DNA of 64,000 nt. Origin: Myxococcota bacterium (lineage in GTDB: Bacteria; Myxococcota; JACRCW01). Both the position numbers and the translations under genes were made by a program. Numbering within the stretch: position 1 is the first letter of the stretch; the number at the start of each line of letters is the position of its first letter. Positions 20,783 to 30,600 of this stretch are shown here, piece after piece. The stretch spans positions 44,757-108,756 of the forward strand of contig JBFMGU010000001.1 of assembly GCA_040752415.1 (NCBI GenBank). Reading direction: 5' to 3'. The notes under the pieces are model-generated. The model made no database searches. It saw only the letters and a list, made by a program, of their open reading frames with translations, and had not been told where the DNA came from.

Positions 20783-22083
20783 TGCGCGCGCGTCTGGTGT
20801 TGTGTGGCGTGGTGATCTCGGCGTGCGGCGTGGGCCAGCAGGAGGACCCGCCGCGGATCCTCGACGTGCAGTCCAACCAGGAGCCGGTGGCGGTGATGGA
20901 GGCGCCGGCGGAGATCGCGGCGGGCGTCGAGTTCTCCGTCGACGGAAACGCCAGCTTCGACATCGACGGGACGGTGGTGGAGCACTCCTGGAACCTCGGA
21001 ACGGGCGCGGAGTCGGTGACCGGGCCTCAGGCCACGTTCCGCTACACGGAGCAGGGCCTGTTCACCTTGGAGCTGCGCGTGACCGACAACGGCGGCAAAC
21101 GAGGTCGAGCGCGCAAACGCATCAAGGTGCTGGCTCCGCCCGATCCCAACCCGCCCACCGTCGAGCCGCTGCTGGCGTCCGTGGGGCAGCGAACGCTGGC
21201 GGAGAATGACGTCGTCAACAGCGGAGAGACGGTGGACGTGGTGGTGCAGGCCTCCGACGCGGAGAGCAACGTCACCAGCGTGGACCTCACGGCCGAGGGC
21301 GCGCTGGGTGCGGTGCCGGTCAACCTGGTGCAGGCCAGTCTCAGCGGGAACTCCGGGACGGCGCGTTTTTCCGTCGTGGTTCCGGAGGCCGCGGGCCAAC
21401 TGCGTCTTTCCGGAACCGCGCAGGACGCGTACGGCAATTCCTCCACCCCCTCGACGCTGACGCTGCGCGCCGTGCTCGCCGGCTCGGACACCGACGGTGA
21501 CGGACTTCCCGACGGAAACGACCCGCTTCCCGACGCGTTCAATGGCCTGCAGGCGCGTGTCTACCAACTGGAGAGCGTGCCGCGGGACCTGCTGCAGCGA
21601 CAGAAGGCGGAGGACGTCGTGGAAACCGTGCGCGCCGGGACGCCGGCCTTCACTGCGAATGTGACCCAGGGTTTCCTGCGCTCCCCTCCGTCGAGCGGCG
21701 CGGTGAACACACTGCCCGGCCTGGAGGGCGCGCCCACCGTGGCGACGAAGTTCGCCGTCCTCTACGGCGGGACGTTGCGGACTCCGCCGGGCGCCACCAC
21801 GGTCACCGTCGAGGTGGGCGCGGATGACATCGGTGTGGTCTTCCTGGGCGGTGAGCCCCGCGCCTCCGCCGACGAGGAGTACGCGCGCGACTTCTTCCGC
21901 ACCGACCGCATTCCCGCCGTGAGCGAGCCGGTGTCACTGACGGGGACCACCACGCCGGTGGAGATCCTCGTCGCCAATGACGACGGGCCCCACGCGTGGG
22001 AGGTGAAGTTTACCTTCAGCGACGGAACAGAGACCGTGCTTGGCCCCGAGCAAGTGGGGCAGGCACAGTTCCTGGCTCCATGA
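20782..22083 (+). CDS. PKD-domain lipoprotein with C-terminal PA14-like region
   Basis: Lipobox ISAC; PKD motif VDGNASFDIDGTV..HSWNLG...LRVTDNGG; DTDGDGLPDGNDPLP; GADDIG. Coupled to the upstream gene (TGATG). Confidence 0.7.
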   Translation: MRARLVLCGVVISACGVGQQEDPPRILDVQSNQEPVAVMEAPAEIAAGVEFSVDGNASFDIDGTVVEHSWNLGTGAESVTGPQATFRYTEQGLFTLELRVTDNGGKRGRARKRIKVLAPPDPNPPTVEPLLASVGQRTLAENDVVNSGETVDVVVQASDAESNVTSVDLTAEGALGAVPVNLVQASLSGNSGTARFSVVVPEAAGQLRLSGTAQDAYGNSSTPSTLTLRAVLAGSDTDGDGLPDGNDPLPDAFNGLQARVYQLESVPRDLLQRQKAEDVVETVRAGTPAFTANVTQGFLRSPPSSGAVNTLPGLEGAPTVATKFAVLYGGTLRTPPGATTVTVEVGADDIGVVFLGGEPRASADEEYARDFFRTDRIPAVSEPVSLTGTTTPVEILVANDDGPHAWEVKFTFSDGTETVLGPEQVGQAQFLAP

Positions 22084-22107
22084 CGAAGAGGTCAATGCCG
22101 AGTCCAA

Positions 22108-22262
22108 CCCTGGAGTGCGGTGCCAACAGGTCCACGCGCTCCAGGGGACCAGCACCGCCCTGGGTTGAACCAGCGGTTCACCGACGGGCAACCCTCGACG
22201 ACAATCCAGGGCGGTGCTTCACGTCGTGGCGCGCTCAAGCAGGGTCGCACCGCACTCCAGGG
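22108..22262. repeat. REPIN-like nested inverted repeat (two inverted GGAG-type REP-like units)
   Basis: CCCTGGAGTGCGGTGC (22108-22123) is the perfect reverse complement of 22247-22262; AGCACCGCCCTGG (22151-22163) pairs with 22206-22218. Lies between convergent genes. Confidence 0.8.
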
Positions 22263-22296
22263 CGCCGCTCACCCGCCGACCCACTTCGTGACTCGG

Positions 22297-24942
22297 TTAC
22301 GGCAGGAGCGAATCCACGCGGCTCAGCGCCTCGTCCAGCTTGTCCTTGTTGGGACCGCCGGCCTGCGCCATGTCCGCTTTGCCACCGCCACGACCACCCA
22401 CCACCTCCGCCATCGCCGCCACCAGCTTGCCGGCGTTGATCTTGTCGGTGAGGTCCTTGGTCACGGCCACCAGCAGCGCGGCCTTCTCGTCCTTGTTGCT
22501 GCCCAGCGCCACCACGCCGCTCTGCAGCTTGTCGCGCACCTTGTCGGCCAGCTCGCGCAGGCCCTTGGCGTCCAGGTCGTCCTGGCGGTGCACCACCACG
22601 TTCACGCCCCGCACCTTGCGCGCGTTCTGCACCAATGCGCCCGCGCCCGCAGCCGCCGCCTTGGACTGGTCGGCCTCACGCGCCTTCACCAGCGCCTTGT
22701 AGTCGTTGGTGAGCTTCTCCACGCGCTCGGCAACTTCCGCCGGGCTGGTCTTCAACGTCGCGGCGGCCTTGCGCAGCTCACGCTCCATCTGCTGCACGTG
22801 CGCCAACGCCACGCGACCCGCCACCGCCTCCATGCGACGCACGCCCGCCGCCAGCGGTCCCTCACTCACCACCTTGAAGAGGCCAATGTCGCCGGTGCGA
22901 CGCACGTGCGTGCCACCGCACAGCTCCACCGAGTTCTCACCCAGGCGCAGCATGCGGACCTCGTCGCCGTACTTCTCGCCGAAGAGGGCCACCGCACCCT
23001 TGGCACGCGCGGCGTCAAAGCTGGTGACCTCCGTCTGCGCTTCCGCGTTCTGCAGCACCCAGCGGTTCACCAGGTCCTCGATCGCCGCCATCTGCTCGTC
23101 GGTGACGGGCTGGAAGTGCGAGTAGTCAAAGCGCAGCCGGTCCGGCGCCACCAGGGAGCCCGCCTGCTTGACGTGGTCGCCCAGGACCTTCTTGAGCGCG
23201 GCGTGGAGCAGGTGCGTGGCGCTGTGGTGCGCGCGCACGTTGTCCCGACGGTCGGCGTCCACCTTCAAGGTCAGCTTGTCACCCACCTTCACGGAGCCCT
23301 GCTTGACCTCGGCGTGATGCACAATGACGTCGGAATACTTCCTGGTGTCGGTGACCTGCAGCTTCACGCCGCCCGCGGTGATCTCGCCGGTGTCGCCCAC
23401 CTGGCCGCCGGCCTCGCCGTAGAAGGGTGTCTGGTCCATCACCAGCTCCACCTTGCCGGAGGAGACGCTCTCCACGTCCTTCCCGCCGACGAGGAGCGCC
23501 TTGACGGTGCCCTGCGCCTCGGTGGTCTCGTAGCCCAGGAACTTCGTGGCGCCGTGCTTGTTGCGCAGGCCCTTGTAGACCTCGGCAATGCCCTCCAGGC
23601 CCAGGCCGCCCGCGGCGCTGACCTTCTCGTGCTCCTCCTTCGCCTTCTCGAAGCCCTTCTCGTCGACGACGAAGCCCTTGTCGCGACCGATGACCTGCGT
23701 GAGGTCCACCGGGAAGCCGTAGGTGGCGTACAGGTTCCACGCCGCGTCGCCGGGCATGATCTTCTGGTTGCCCTCCTGCTTCCACGCGCTGAACTCGTCA
23801 ATGAGCTTGAGGCCCTTGGACAGCGTCCTGCGGAACGCTTCCTCCTCCTGCTGCGCCGTCTTCAGGATGAGGCTCCGGTTCTCCTGCAGCTCGGGGTAGA
23901 TGTCCTTCATCAGGTCCACCACGCGGCCGCACGCGCGGTCGAAGAACACGTCCTTGTAGCCAAGCTGGTCGCCGAACTTGATGGCGCGCCGCATGATGCG
24001 ACGGAGCACGTACCCGCGACCCTCATTGGAAGGCATCACGCCGTCGGCCATCAGGAAGCTGCATGCGCGGCTGTGGTCGGCAATCACGCGCATGGCCACG
24101 TCGTCCAGGCTGTCGGAGGAGCTGTACTTCTTCTTGACCTCCTCGCAGGTGGCGTCGATGAGCGGCTTGAACAGGTCGCTGTCGTAGTTGGACGCGTAGC
24201 CGCCCAGCACCATGGCCCAACGCTCCAGGCCGCCACCGGTGTCAATGGAGGGCTTCGGGAGCGGCTTCATCGTCCCGTCGGCGAAGCGCTGGTACTGCAT
24301 GAAGACCAGGTTCCAGATCTCCAGGATGCGGTCGCCTTCCGGGTCGTCGCCACCAAACGCGCCCTTCACCACGCCGCGGTCGAAGTGGATCTCGCTGCAG
24401 GGACCGCAGGGGCCGGTGTCGCCCATCTGCCAGAAGTTGTCCTTCTTGCCCTCGTATCGGATGCGGCTCTCCGGGATGCCCATCTTCTTCCAGATGCCCG
24501 CCGCCTCGTCGTCACGCGGGATGCCGTCCTCACCCTTGAACACGGTGATGTGCATGCGGCCCACGTCCAGGCCGATGTCGCGCGTCAGCAGCTCATACGC
24601 GTACGCAATGGCGTCTTCCTTGAAGTAGTCGCCAAAGGAGAAGTTGCCGAGCATCTCGAAGAACGTGTGATGCCGCGCCGTGCGACCCACGTTCTCGAGG
24701 TCATTGTGCTTCCCGCCGGCGCGCACGCACTTCTGGCTGGTGGCGGCGCGCGTGTAGTCGCGCTTCTCGTCGCCGGTGAAGATGTCCTTGAACTGCACCA
24801 TGCCGGCGTTCGTGAACAACAACGTGGGATCGTTGACGGGGATGAGGCTGCTGCTCTTCACCACGCGGTGCCCACGCCCGGCAAAGTAGTCCAGGAACGT
24901 CTTGCGGATTTCAGTGCTCTTGGTGGGCTTGGACGAGGACAT
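22297..24942 (-). CDS. alaS: Alanine--tRNA ligase
   Basis: DPTLLFTNAGMVQFK, HHTFFEMLGNFSFGDYFK, GPCGPCSEI, editing HSATHLLH and ELCGGTH, GGRGGGK..AQAGG. AGGAG before ATG 24942. Confidence 0.98.
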   Translation of the reverse strand: MSSSKPTKSTEIRKTFLDYFAGRGHRVVKSSSLIPVNDPTLLFTNAGMVQFKDIFTGDEKRDYTRAATSQKCVRAGGKHNDLENVGRTARHHTFFEMLGNFSFGDYFKEDAIAYAYELLTRDIGLDVGRMHITVFKGEDGIPRDDEAAGIWKKMGIPESRIRYEGKKDNFWQMGDTGPCGPCSEIHFDRGVVKGAFGGDDPEGDRILEIWNLVFMQYQRFADGTMKPLPKPSIDTGGGLERWAMVLGGYASNYDSDLFKPLIDATCEEVKKKYSSSDSLDDVAMRVIADHSRACSFLMADGVMPSNEGRGYVLRRIMRRAIKFGDQLGYKDVFFDRACGRVVDLMKDIYPELQENRSLILKTAQQEEEAFRRTLSKGLKLIDEFSAWKQEGNQKIMPGDAAWNLYATYGFPVDLTQVIGRDKGFVVDEKGFEKAKEEHEKVSAAGGLGLEGIAEVYKGLRNKHGATKFLGYETTEAQGTVKALLVGGKDVESVSSGKVELVMDQTPFYGEAGGQVGDTGEITAGGVKLQVTDTRKYSDVIVHHAEVKQGSVKVGDKLTLKVDADRRDNVRAHHSATHLLHAALKKVLGDHVKQAGSLVAPDRLRFDYSHFQPVTDEQMAAIEDLVNRWVLQNAEAQTEVTSFDAARAKGAVALFGEKYGDEVRMLRLGENSVELCGGTHVRRTGDIGLFKVVSEGPLAAGVRRMEAVAGRVALAHVQQMERELRKAAATLKTSPAEVAERVEKLTNDYKALVKAREADQSKAAAAGAGALVQNARKVRGVNVVVHRQDDLDAKGLRELADKVRDKLQSGVVALGSNKDEKAALLVAVTKDLTDKINAGKLVAAMAEVVGGRGGGKADMAQAGGPNKDKLDEALSRVDSLLP

Positions 24943-25086
24943 GGGCAACTCCTGAAGGGCGGACCGGCCTGGGGACCGCGGGCGGAAGCGCGTAGCAAAG
25001 TCGTGGGCTTGCGGGCAACCGGCCTGTCCCCGGGAATCCCGGCGAGGTAGCAAGCCGGCCGGCCCCAGGCCACGGGAGCAGCGCCC

Positions 25087-25761
25087 ATGACCTCGTCCCC
25101 CTCCAACCCGTCCGAGCAGCAGCTGCAGGCCGCGCGCGCCGCCCTGGTGGCCTCCCTCCGCGCCCGCCGTGAGCTTGACGACGAGCGCACCCTCGCCGCC
25201 ATCGCCGCCGTCCCTCGTCACCTGTTCGTCCCCGAGGCCCTGCGCCACCGCGCCTACGACGACGTCGCGCTTGCCATTGGCCACGGCCAGACCATCAGCC
25301 AGCCGCACATGGTGGCATTGATGACGCGCGCGCTGGAGCTGAAGCCCACGGACCACGTGCTCGAGGTGGGGACGGGCAGCGGGTACCAGGCCGCGGTGCT
25401 GGCGCAACTGTGTCGCTACGTGACCACGGTGGAGGTGCGGGAGGAGCTGGGCGTGCGAGCGGCGCGGACGTTGCGAAGTGCCGGCGTGCGAGGCGTGCGC
25501 GCGGTGCTGGGAGACGCCAGCGGTGGTTACGCACCCGACGCGCCCTACGACGCCATCCTGGTCACCGCCGGCGCCGACGACGTGGCACCCGGGTTGTGGG
25601 AGCAGCTCGTGCCCGGTGGTCGACTGGTGGCGCCGGTGGGGCCGGAGGACATGCAGGTGTTGGTCCGCTGGCGCAAGGTCACCGACGGAGAGCCGGAACG
25701 CCAGGAGCTCACCGCGTGCCGCTTCGTGCCGTTGGTCGGCGAGCACGGACGAGGTGGGTGA
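25087..25761 (+). CDS. pcm: Protein-L-isoaspartate O-methyltransferase
   Basis: VPRHLFVP, GQTISQPHMVA, VLEVGTGSGYQAAVL, APYDAILVTAG, RFVPLVG. Confidence 0.96.
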   Translation: MTSSPSNPSEQQLQAARAALVASLRARRELDDERTLAAIAAVPRHLFVPEALRHRAYDDVALAIGHGQTISQPHMVALMTRALELKPTDHVLEVGTGSGYQAAVLAQLCRYVTTVEVREELGVRAARTLRSAGVRGVRAVLGDASGGYAPDAPYDAILVTAGADDVAPGLWEQLVPGGRLVAPVGPEDMQVLVRWRKVTDGEPERQELTACRFVPLVGEHGRGG

Positions 25762-25814
25762 CCCAATTCGAACCTTCCTTGTCCGAGTCTTCAGCCCCAG
25801 GTACGGTCGTCGCC

Positions 25815-26378
25815 ATGCCCGCCAAACGATCCACCAAGGCCCGCGCGGGCTCCAAGCCGCCTTCGGCGACACGTCGTGGTCGGCTGGAGATTCTGTATGA
25901 GAAGACCCAGGACGACATTCGCATCCTCGCCGAGGGCCTGACGACGGTGAACGCGCGCGTCGACCGGCTTGAGAACCGTTGGGACGCTCGCTTCGAGCGG
26001 ATCGAGGCGGCATTGCTGGAGCTATCCGCGAATCTCACGCAGACCCGCGACGAGCTGGGGGATGGGATTCGCAAGAACACTGAGGAGATCCGGAAGAACA
26101 GCGAGGACATCCGCAAGAACAGCGAGGACATCCGCAAGAACAGCGAGGAGATCCGGAAGAACAGTGAGGACATTCGCAAGAACAGCGAGGACATCCGGAA
26201 GAACAGCGAGGACATCCGCCAGATGAGGGAGGAGCTTCGCGGCCACTCCGACGAGATCCGGGTGCTGCAGCAGGAAGTGCGTGATCAGGGAGACCGCATC
26301 GACCGCAAGGCCGACGCGCAGCGTGTTGATGACCTGGCCCAGCGAGTCACCGAACTCGAGCGTCAGCTCCGTACCTGA
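25815..26378 (+). CDS. Coiled-coil protein with IRKN(S/T)E(D/E) heptad tandem repeat
   Basis: Heptad-periodic helical sequence throughout. Start could instead be GTG 25758, which overlaps the pcm stop. Confidence 0.75.
   Translation: MPAKRSTKARAGSKPPSATRRGRLEILYEKTQDDIRILAEGLTTVNARVDRLENRWDARFERIEAALLELSANLTQTRDELGDGIRKNTEEIRKNSEDIRKNSEDIRKNSEEIRKNSEDIRKNSEDIRKNSEDIRQMREELRGHSDEIRVLQQEVRDQGDRIDRKADAQRVDDLAQRVTELERQLRT
26067..26213 (+). repeat. 21-bp coding tandem repeat, 7 copies
   Basis: ATYCGSAAGAACASYGAGGAS x7, encoding IRKNTEE/IRKNSED/IRKNSEE. Confidence 0.95.
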
Positions 26379-26383
26379 CGACG

Positions 26384-27616
26384 TCAGCCTTTGATGCGCA
26401 CCTTGCGCGCGCCCCCGCTGCTGCGCGCGGCGCCCAGGTTCTGACGCAGGAACGTCGCAGCAACGGCGCGTCCCACGTCACGCCGCTCCCGCGGAAAGAG
26501 CGCCAGGCTCAACTTGCATCCACCGGCCAGCGCCCCCTCGTCGAGCGCATGGTTCAGCGCAACCACCGCGAGCCCCGTGGCCCCGTCGGTGACCGCGGCC
26601 TTCCCCTCACCACACGCGCGACGCGCCGCACCCGCGAGCAGCGGGCTTGGCGCCGCCACTGCCGTCTCACCCACCTGCACCGCCAGCTCGTTGGGTAGCT
26701 CCCGCGACTGGATGGACGCGCTCTCCAGCATCCCTCCAACGACGTAGCCACTGTCCGCCATGACCATGCGCGCCGGCAGCTCGGAAACCACGCCCGCGTG
26801 CATCTGCGCGCCGGCGAGGACCAGCACGGCCTTCAGTCGTGACGCCAGCGCGGGCAGCAGGGGACCCACCACCGCGGGCTCCACGCACAACACCACGCCA
26901 CCCGCGCCCTTCAACGACGACGCCACCCGCTCATCCACCGCGTCGCCGTCCACCTCGCCCACCACCACCGCCGCACCGCCGGGGAGCGTGTGCACGCCCG
27001 CGCGCGCCTCGTTCTCCACACGCTCGTCGACGAGACCGGCTTCCCCGTCGAGCATGCTGAGCAGCTCATAGCCCACGTCGCCCGTCGTGGCGGCGGACAG
27101 GCCCCGCCGGTCGGCCATGGTCTTGAGGACCGGCTGCAGGTCGCGCACGACGGGGGAGAGCAGGTCGGCGGTGAGACGGGGCGGCCCCACCACCAGCAGC
27201 ACGGGGGAGGCGGGATCCTCCAGGCGCTCCACCGCCGCGGACAACAGCGCCGCCTCCTGCCCGCTTGTCGTCGGGGTGAAGCCCATCTCCGCGGGCACCA
27301 GACCCAGCGCACAACCGGCAGCCAGCCGCAACGCGGCGTCCGTCTGCTCCACCGCACCATGCACCAGCAGCGTGCGACCCTGCAGCCTCGGCGCACCGGG
27401 CCACGGCAGCGGCGCCACCTGGTTCACGGTGGCGTCCATGGGCAGCTTGAGCGCGTGGTAGAGGGCGCGTCGCTCGTCGTCATTCCCGGCCAGGCCCAGC
27501 GTGGGGAGCAGACTGGCCAGCGAGCGCAGGTGCAGCACGCCGGTAGCGGTCGCGGCATCCATCAGGCCGGCGGCGCCGCGCAGTGCGCGCGTGGCCACCA
27601 CGGAATCATCCACCAC
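26384..27616 (-). CDS. Hypothetical protein
   Basis: 410-aa ORF with high-GC3 codon pattern, starting 10 bp after the cyclase stop; no motif recognised. Confidence 0.7.
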   Translation of the reverse strand: MVDDSVVATRALRGAAGLMDAATATGVLHLRSLASLLPTLGLAGNDDERRALYHALKLPMDATVNQVAPLPWPGAPRLQGRTLLVHGAVEQTDAALRLAAGCALGLVPAEMGFTPTTSGQEAALLSAAVERLEDPASPVLLVVGPPRLTADLLSPVVRDLQPVLKTMADRRGLSAATTGDVGYELLSMLDGEAGLVDERVENEARAGVHTLPGGAAVVVGEVDGDAVDERVASSLKGAGGVVLCVEPAVVGPLLPALASRLKAVLVLAGAQMHAGVVSELPARMVMADSGYVVGGMLESASIQSRELPNELAVQVGETAVAAPSPLLAGAARRACGEGKAAVTDGATGLAVVALNHALDEGALAGGCKLSLALFPRERRDVGRAVAATFLRQNLGAARSSGGARKVRIKG

Positions 27617-27625
27617 GACGCAACC

Positions 27626-30600
27626 TCACTTGGTGGTCTTGGTCACCACGCCATCCCAATCCGGCGGCGGCGGGTTCTCCTGGTACATCATGCAACGGGA
27701 GATGTACTCGGCGCTGATGAGGTCGCGCGGCTTGCCCTTCTTCTGCAGCTCGGCCTCGTACGCGGGATCCAGCGGCTTCTCGCGCAGCGCCTGGGCGAAG
27801 TACGGAATGGCGTCGGCAAACCGGCGGCCCTGGAACAGCTCGATGCCGGTGTGGAACGTCTGGATGAACTGCGCCCACTCCGGCGGCGCGTCGCCCTTGC
27901 CAATCAGCTCGTAGATGCGCACCGGCTCCTTCTTGCCCTTGACGCGGATGGCGTCGAGGAGGCGCGCGTGGATCTTGCCCTTGGCCGCGGCGTAGGTGTT
28001 CTCGCTGATGATCACGTGGACGCCGTATTCCTTGGTCTGTCCCTCGAGACGACTGGCCAGGTTCACCGCGTCGCCCAGCGCGCTGTAGTTGGTGCGTTGG
28101 CTGCTGCCCATGAAGCCCACGCGCATCAGGCCGGAGTTGAGGCCGATGCCGATGTCGAAGGCGGCGGGGTCCATGTGCTTGCTGGTGAGTCGCTGGCAGA
28201 ACGCGGCCCACTTGGGGTCGCTGACCACCCACTTCTTGAACGTGTGCAGCTGCTCCATCATGTCCAGCGCCGCGTAGCAGCCGCTCACCGCGTGATCCTC
28301 GAACGCGTGCGGTGCGCCAAACAGCGCCATGATGGCGTCGCCAATGTACTTATCCAGATAACCCTTGTGGTGCATGATCGCCGCGGCCTGCGGCGTGAAG
28401 TAGTCGTTGAGGAAGATGGTGAGCTCTTCGGGGGTGAGATTCTCGGAGAGCGTGGTGAAGCCGCGGATGTCGCTGAACATGCAGGTGGCTTCGCGCTCGT
28501 CGCCCTTGAGGCTCTTGATGGCGTCGGGGTCCTTGGCCAGCTCGTCGACCAGCACCGGGTCCAGCGTGGCGCCAAACGCCTTGCGCATGGCCGCCTTCTC
28601 CTTGCCCACCGTCAGGTATCCGTGCGCCACCACCGCCGCCCACGTGAAGGCCAGCTGCAAGTGCGCCCAGAAGCTGTGCACCCAGTAGCCCTTGGACAGC
28701 GCTCCCACGCTGGCCGCGCCGTAGACCAGGAACAACGCCGCCACGACGAGGAAGCTCACCAGCACGCTCAGCCGGTGCAGCAACAGGCCCAGCAGCAGGC
28801 CCATGATCAGCACGAACGCAATCTCCCCCATCACGATTTCCTGCGGACGGGAGAGGAAGCGGCCGTCGCTCATGTTCTGCGCCGCGGTGGCATGGATGGC
28901 CACGCCGGGAACGAACGGATCAAACGGCGTGGAGCGCTGGTCGTAGGTGCCAATGGCGGTCACCGCGAACAGCACCGCCTTGCCCTTCACCACCTTGGGA
29001 TCGAACTTCCCCTCGACGATGTCCGCCACGCTCAGCGTCGGGAACAGCGGCTTCTGGGTGTCCGGGTCGCGCCAGGGTCCATAGTAGTTCAGCTGCAGCT
29101 TGCCGGAGGGATCCGTCGGGATGACCAGCGGCGCGCGGCCGACGGGCACGGGATCGCTGGGCAACAACGTCACCTGGCTGAAGGACTGCAGCCACTGGTA
29201 GTTCTGGTCGCGGATGATGACGGGCGTGGTGGCAAAGCGCTGCTGCACCAGGGCCAGCGGGAGCGAGGGCAGGTAGTAGGCGCGGATGAAACAGTCGGCG
29301 CACTCCTGGCGGCAGACCTCGGAGCACACTTCCGGCTTCTCCAGCGCCTCGAACTTCTCCGGCGTCAGCTTCGCCCGGTTGCACGCGGTGCAGGCACTGG
29401 CGTCCTCGTCGGGCGCGGGCGCCCAGTGCCGGTAGAACAGCGGCTGCTTGCGGAACACGCCGTCCACCTCGGGCTCGGCGGAATAGAAGCCGAAGTTCTG
29501 GCCCACCTCCGCAAAGCGATCCAGCGGCGCAATGAAGTCGCCCTTGATCACGGTGACGCCGGGCTTCAGCTCCGTCTCGCGCTTCTCCTTGGCGCCGGGC
29601 AGCCACTCCACCAGCCTGGTGTCGGCGTTCTTCTGGAAGAGCGGGACCAGCGTTGCGGGGTCGGCCACGTCCAGGCCCGTCTCCGTCATGGTGGCGGCCT
29701 TGGCGTCCACCAGCGCCTTCACGCCGGCAATGAACTGCTCCTCCTCCATGCCCAGCCGGTTGCCCAGCTCCTCGGCGGCCACCGAGCACGCCTTCTTGCC
29801 CTCACACATCTCGTGCGTGGCGCGCGCCACCTTCCCGCGCGGGCTGGCGTCCACCTCCTTGACGTCGAGGTACCAGGTGTCCACGGCCGCGGAGGCCACG
29901 CGCTTGAAGTGCTCGTGCTGCTTGTCCGGCGTGGGCGGCTCCGGCCCGGGGTTCGGCTCGGCAATGTAACCCTGCACCACCCGCGTCGAGTGCTCGCTGA
30001 CCACCTCCTCCAGCTCCTGGTCCGGGCTCTTGCCGCCGGCCTCCTCCTGCAGCACCTGCGAGTAGCGCTCCACCGCCTCGCTCAGCGTGCCCGCGCTCTT
30101 GTGCGCCGCCGTCAGCTCCGCCGCCGCGTCCTTCTGCGCCTCGCGCAGCTCGGTCAGGGTGACCTGCAGCTGCCGCTTGCCCTTGCCCGTCACCTTGCCG
30201 GCGCTGATCAAATCCTCGGCGCTGTCGACGATCTTGGTGAGCTCCTCCAGCCGCGCGCGTGCCGCGGCAACCTTCTCCGCCGCCTCCTTGCCGCGCTCAT
30301 CCAGGCCCTCCTGCCGGTACTTCAGCATCACCCGGCTCATCTGCTCGGAGTCGCCCTCGCCCTTCTCGTCGGACCAGACCATATCGAACGCCACGATGTC
30401 GGCGCCGGCGTTGAAGAGCTGCGTCATCATCTGCGCGTAGACGCGACGGCTCCAGCTGCCCCACAGGCCAAACGCGTCAATGGCCTTCTCGTCGCCCGCG
30501 GCAATCACCACCTGCGGCTCCATGGGGATGGGCCCGCGGGTGAGGAAGTTGAAGTCCAGGATCTTCAGCTCCAGCCGGTAGGGCAGCCAGTTCACCCAGC

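Noticed and set aside
24943..26013. 357-aa N-terminal extension of AlaRS in the 1238-aa ORF
   Set aside because: It is the antisense of pcm and its neighbour. AlaRS homology and a Shine-Dalgarno begin at 24942.
26067..26213. Possible CRISPR array
   Set aside because: Contiguous 21-bp in-frame coding repeats with no spacers and no cas genes.
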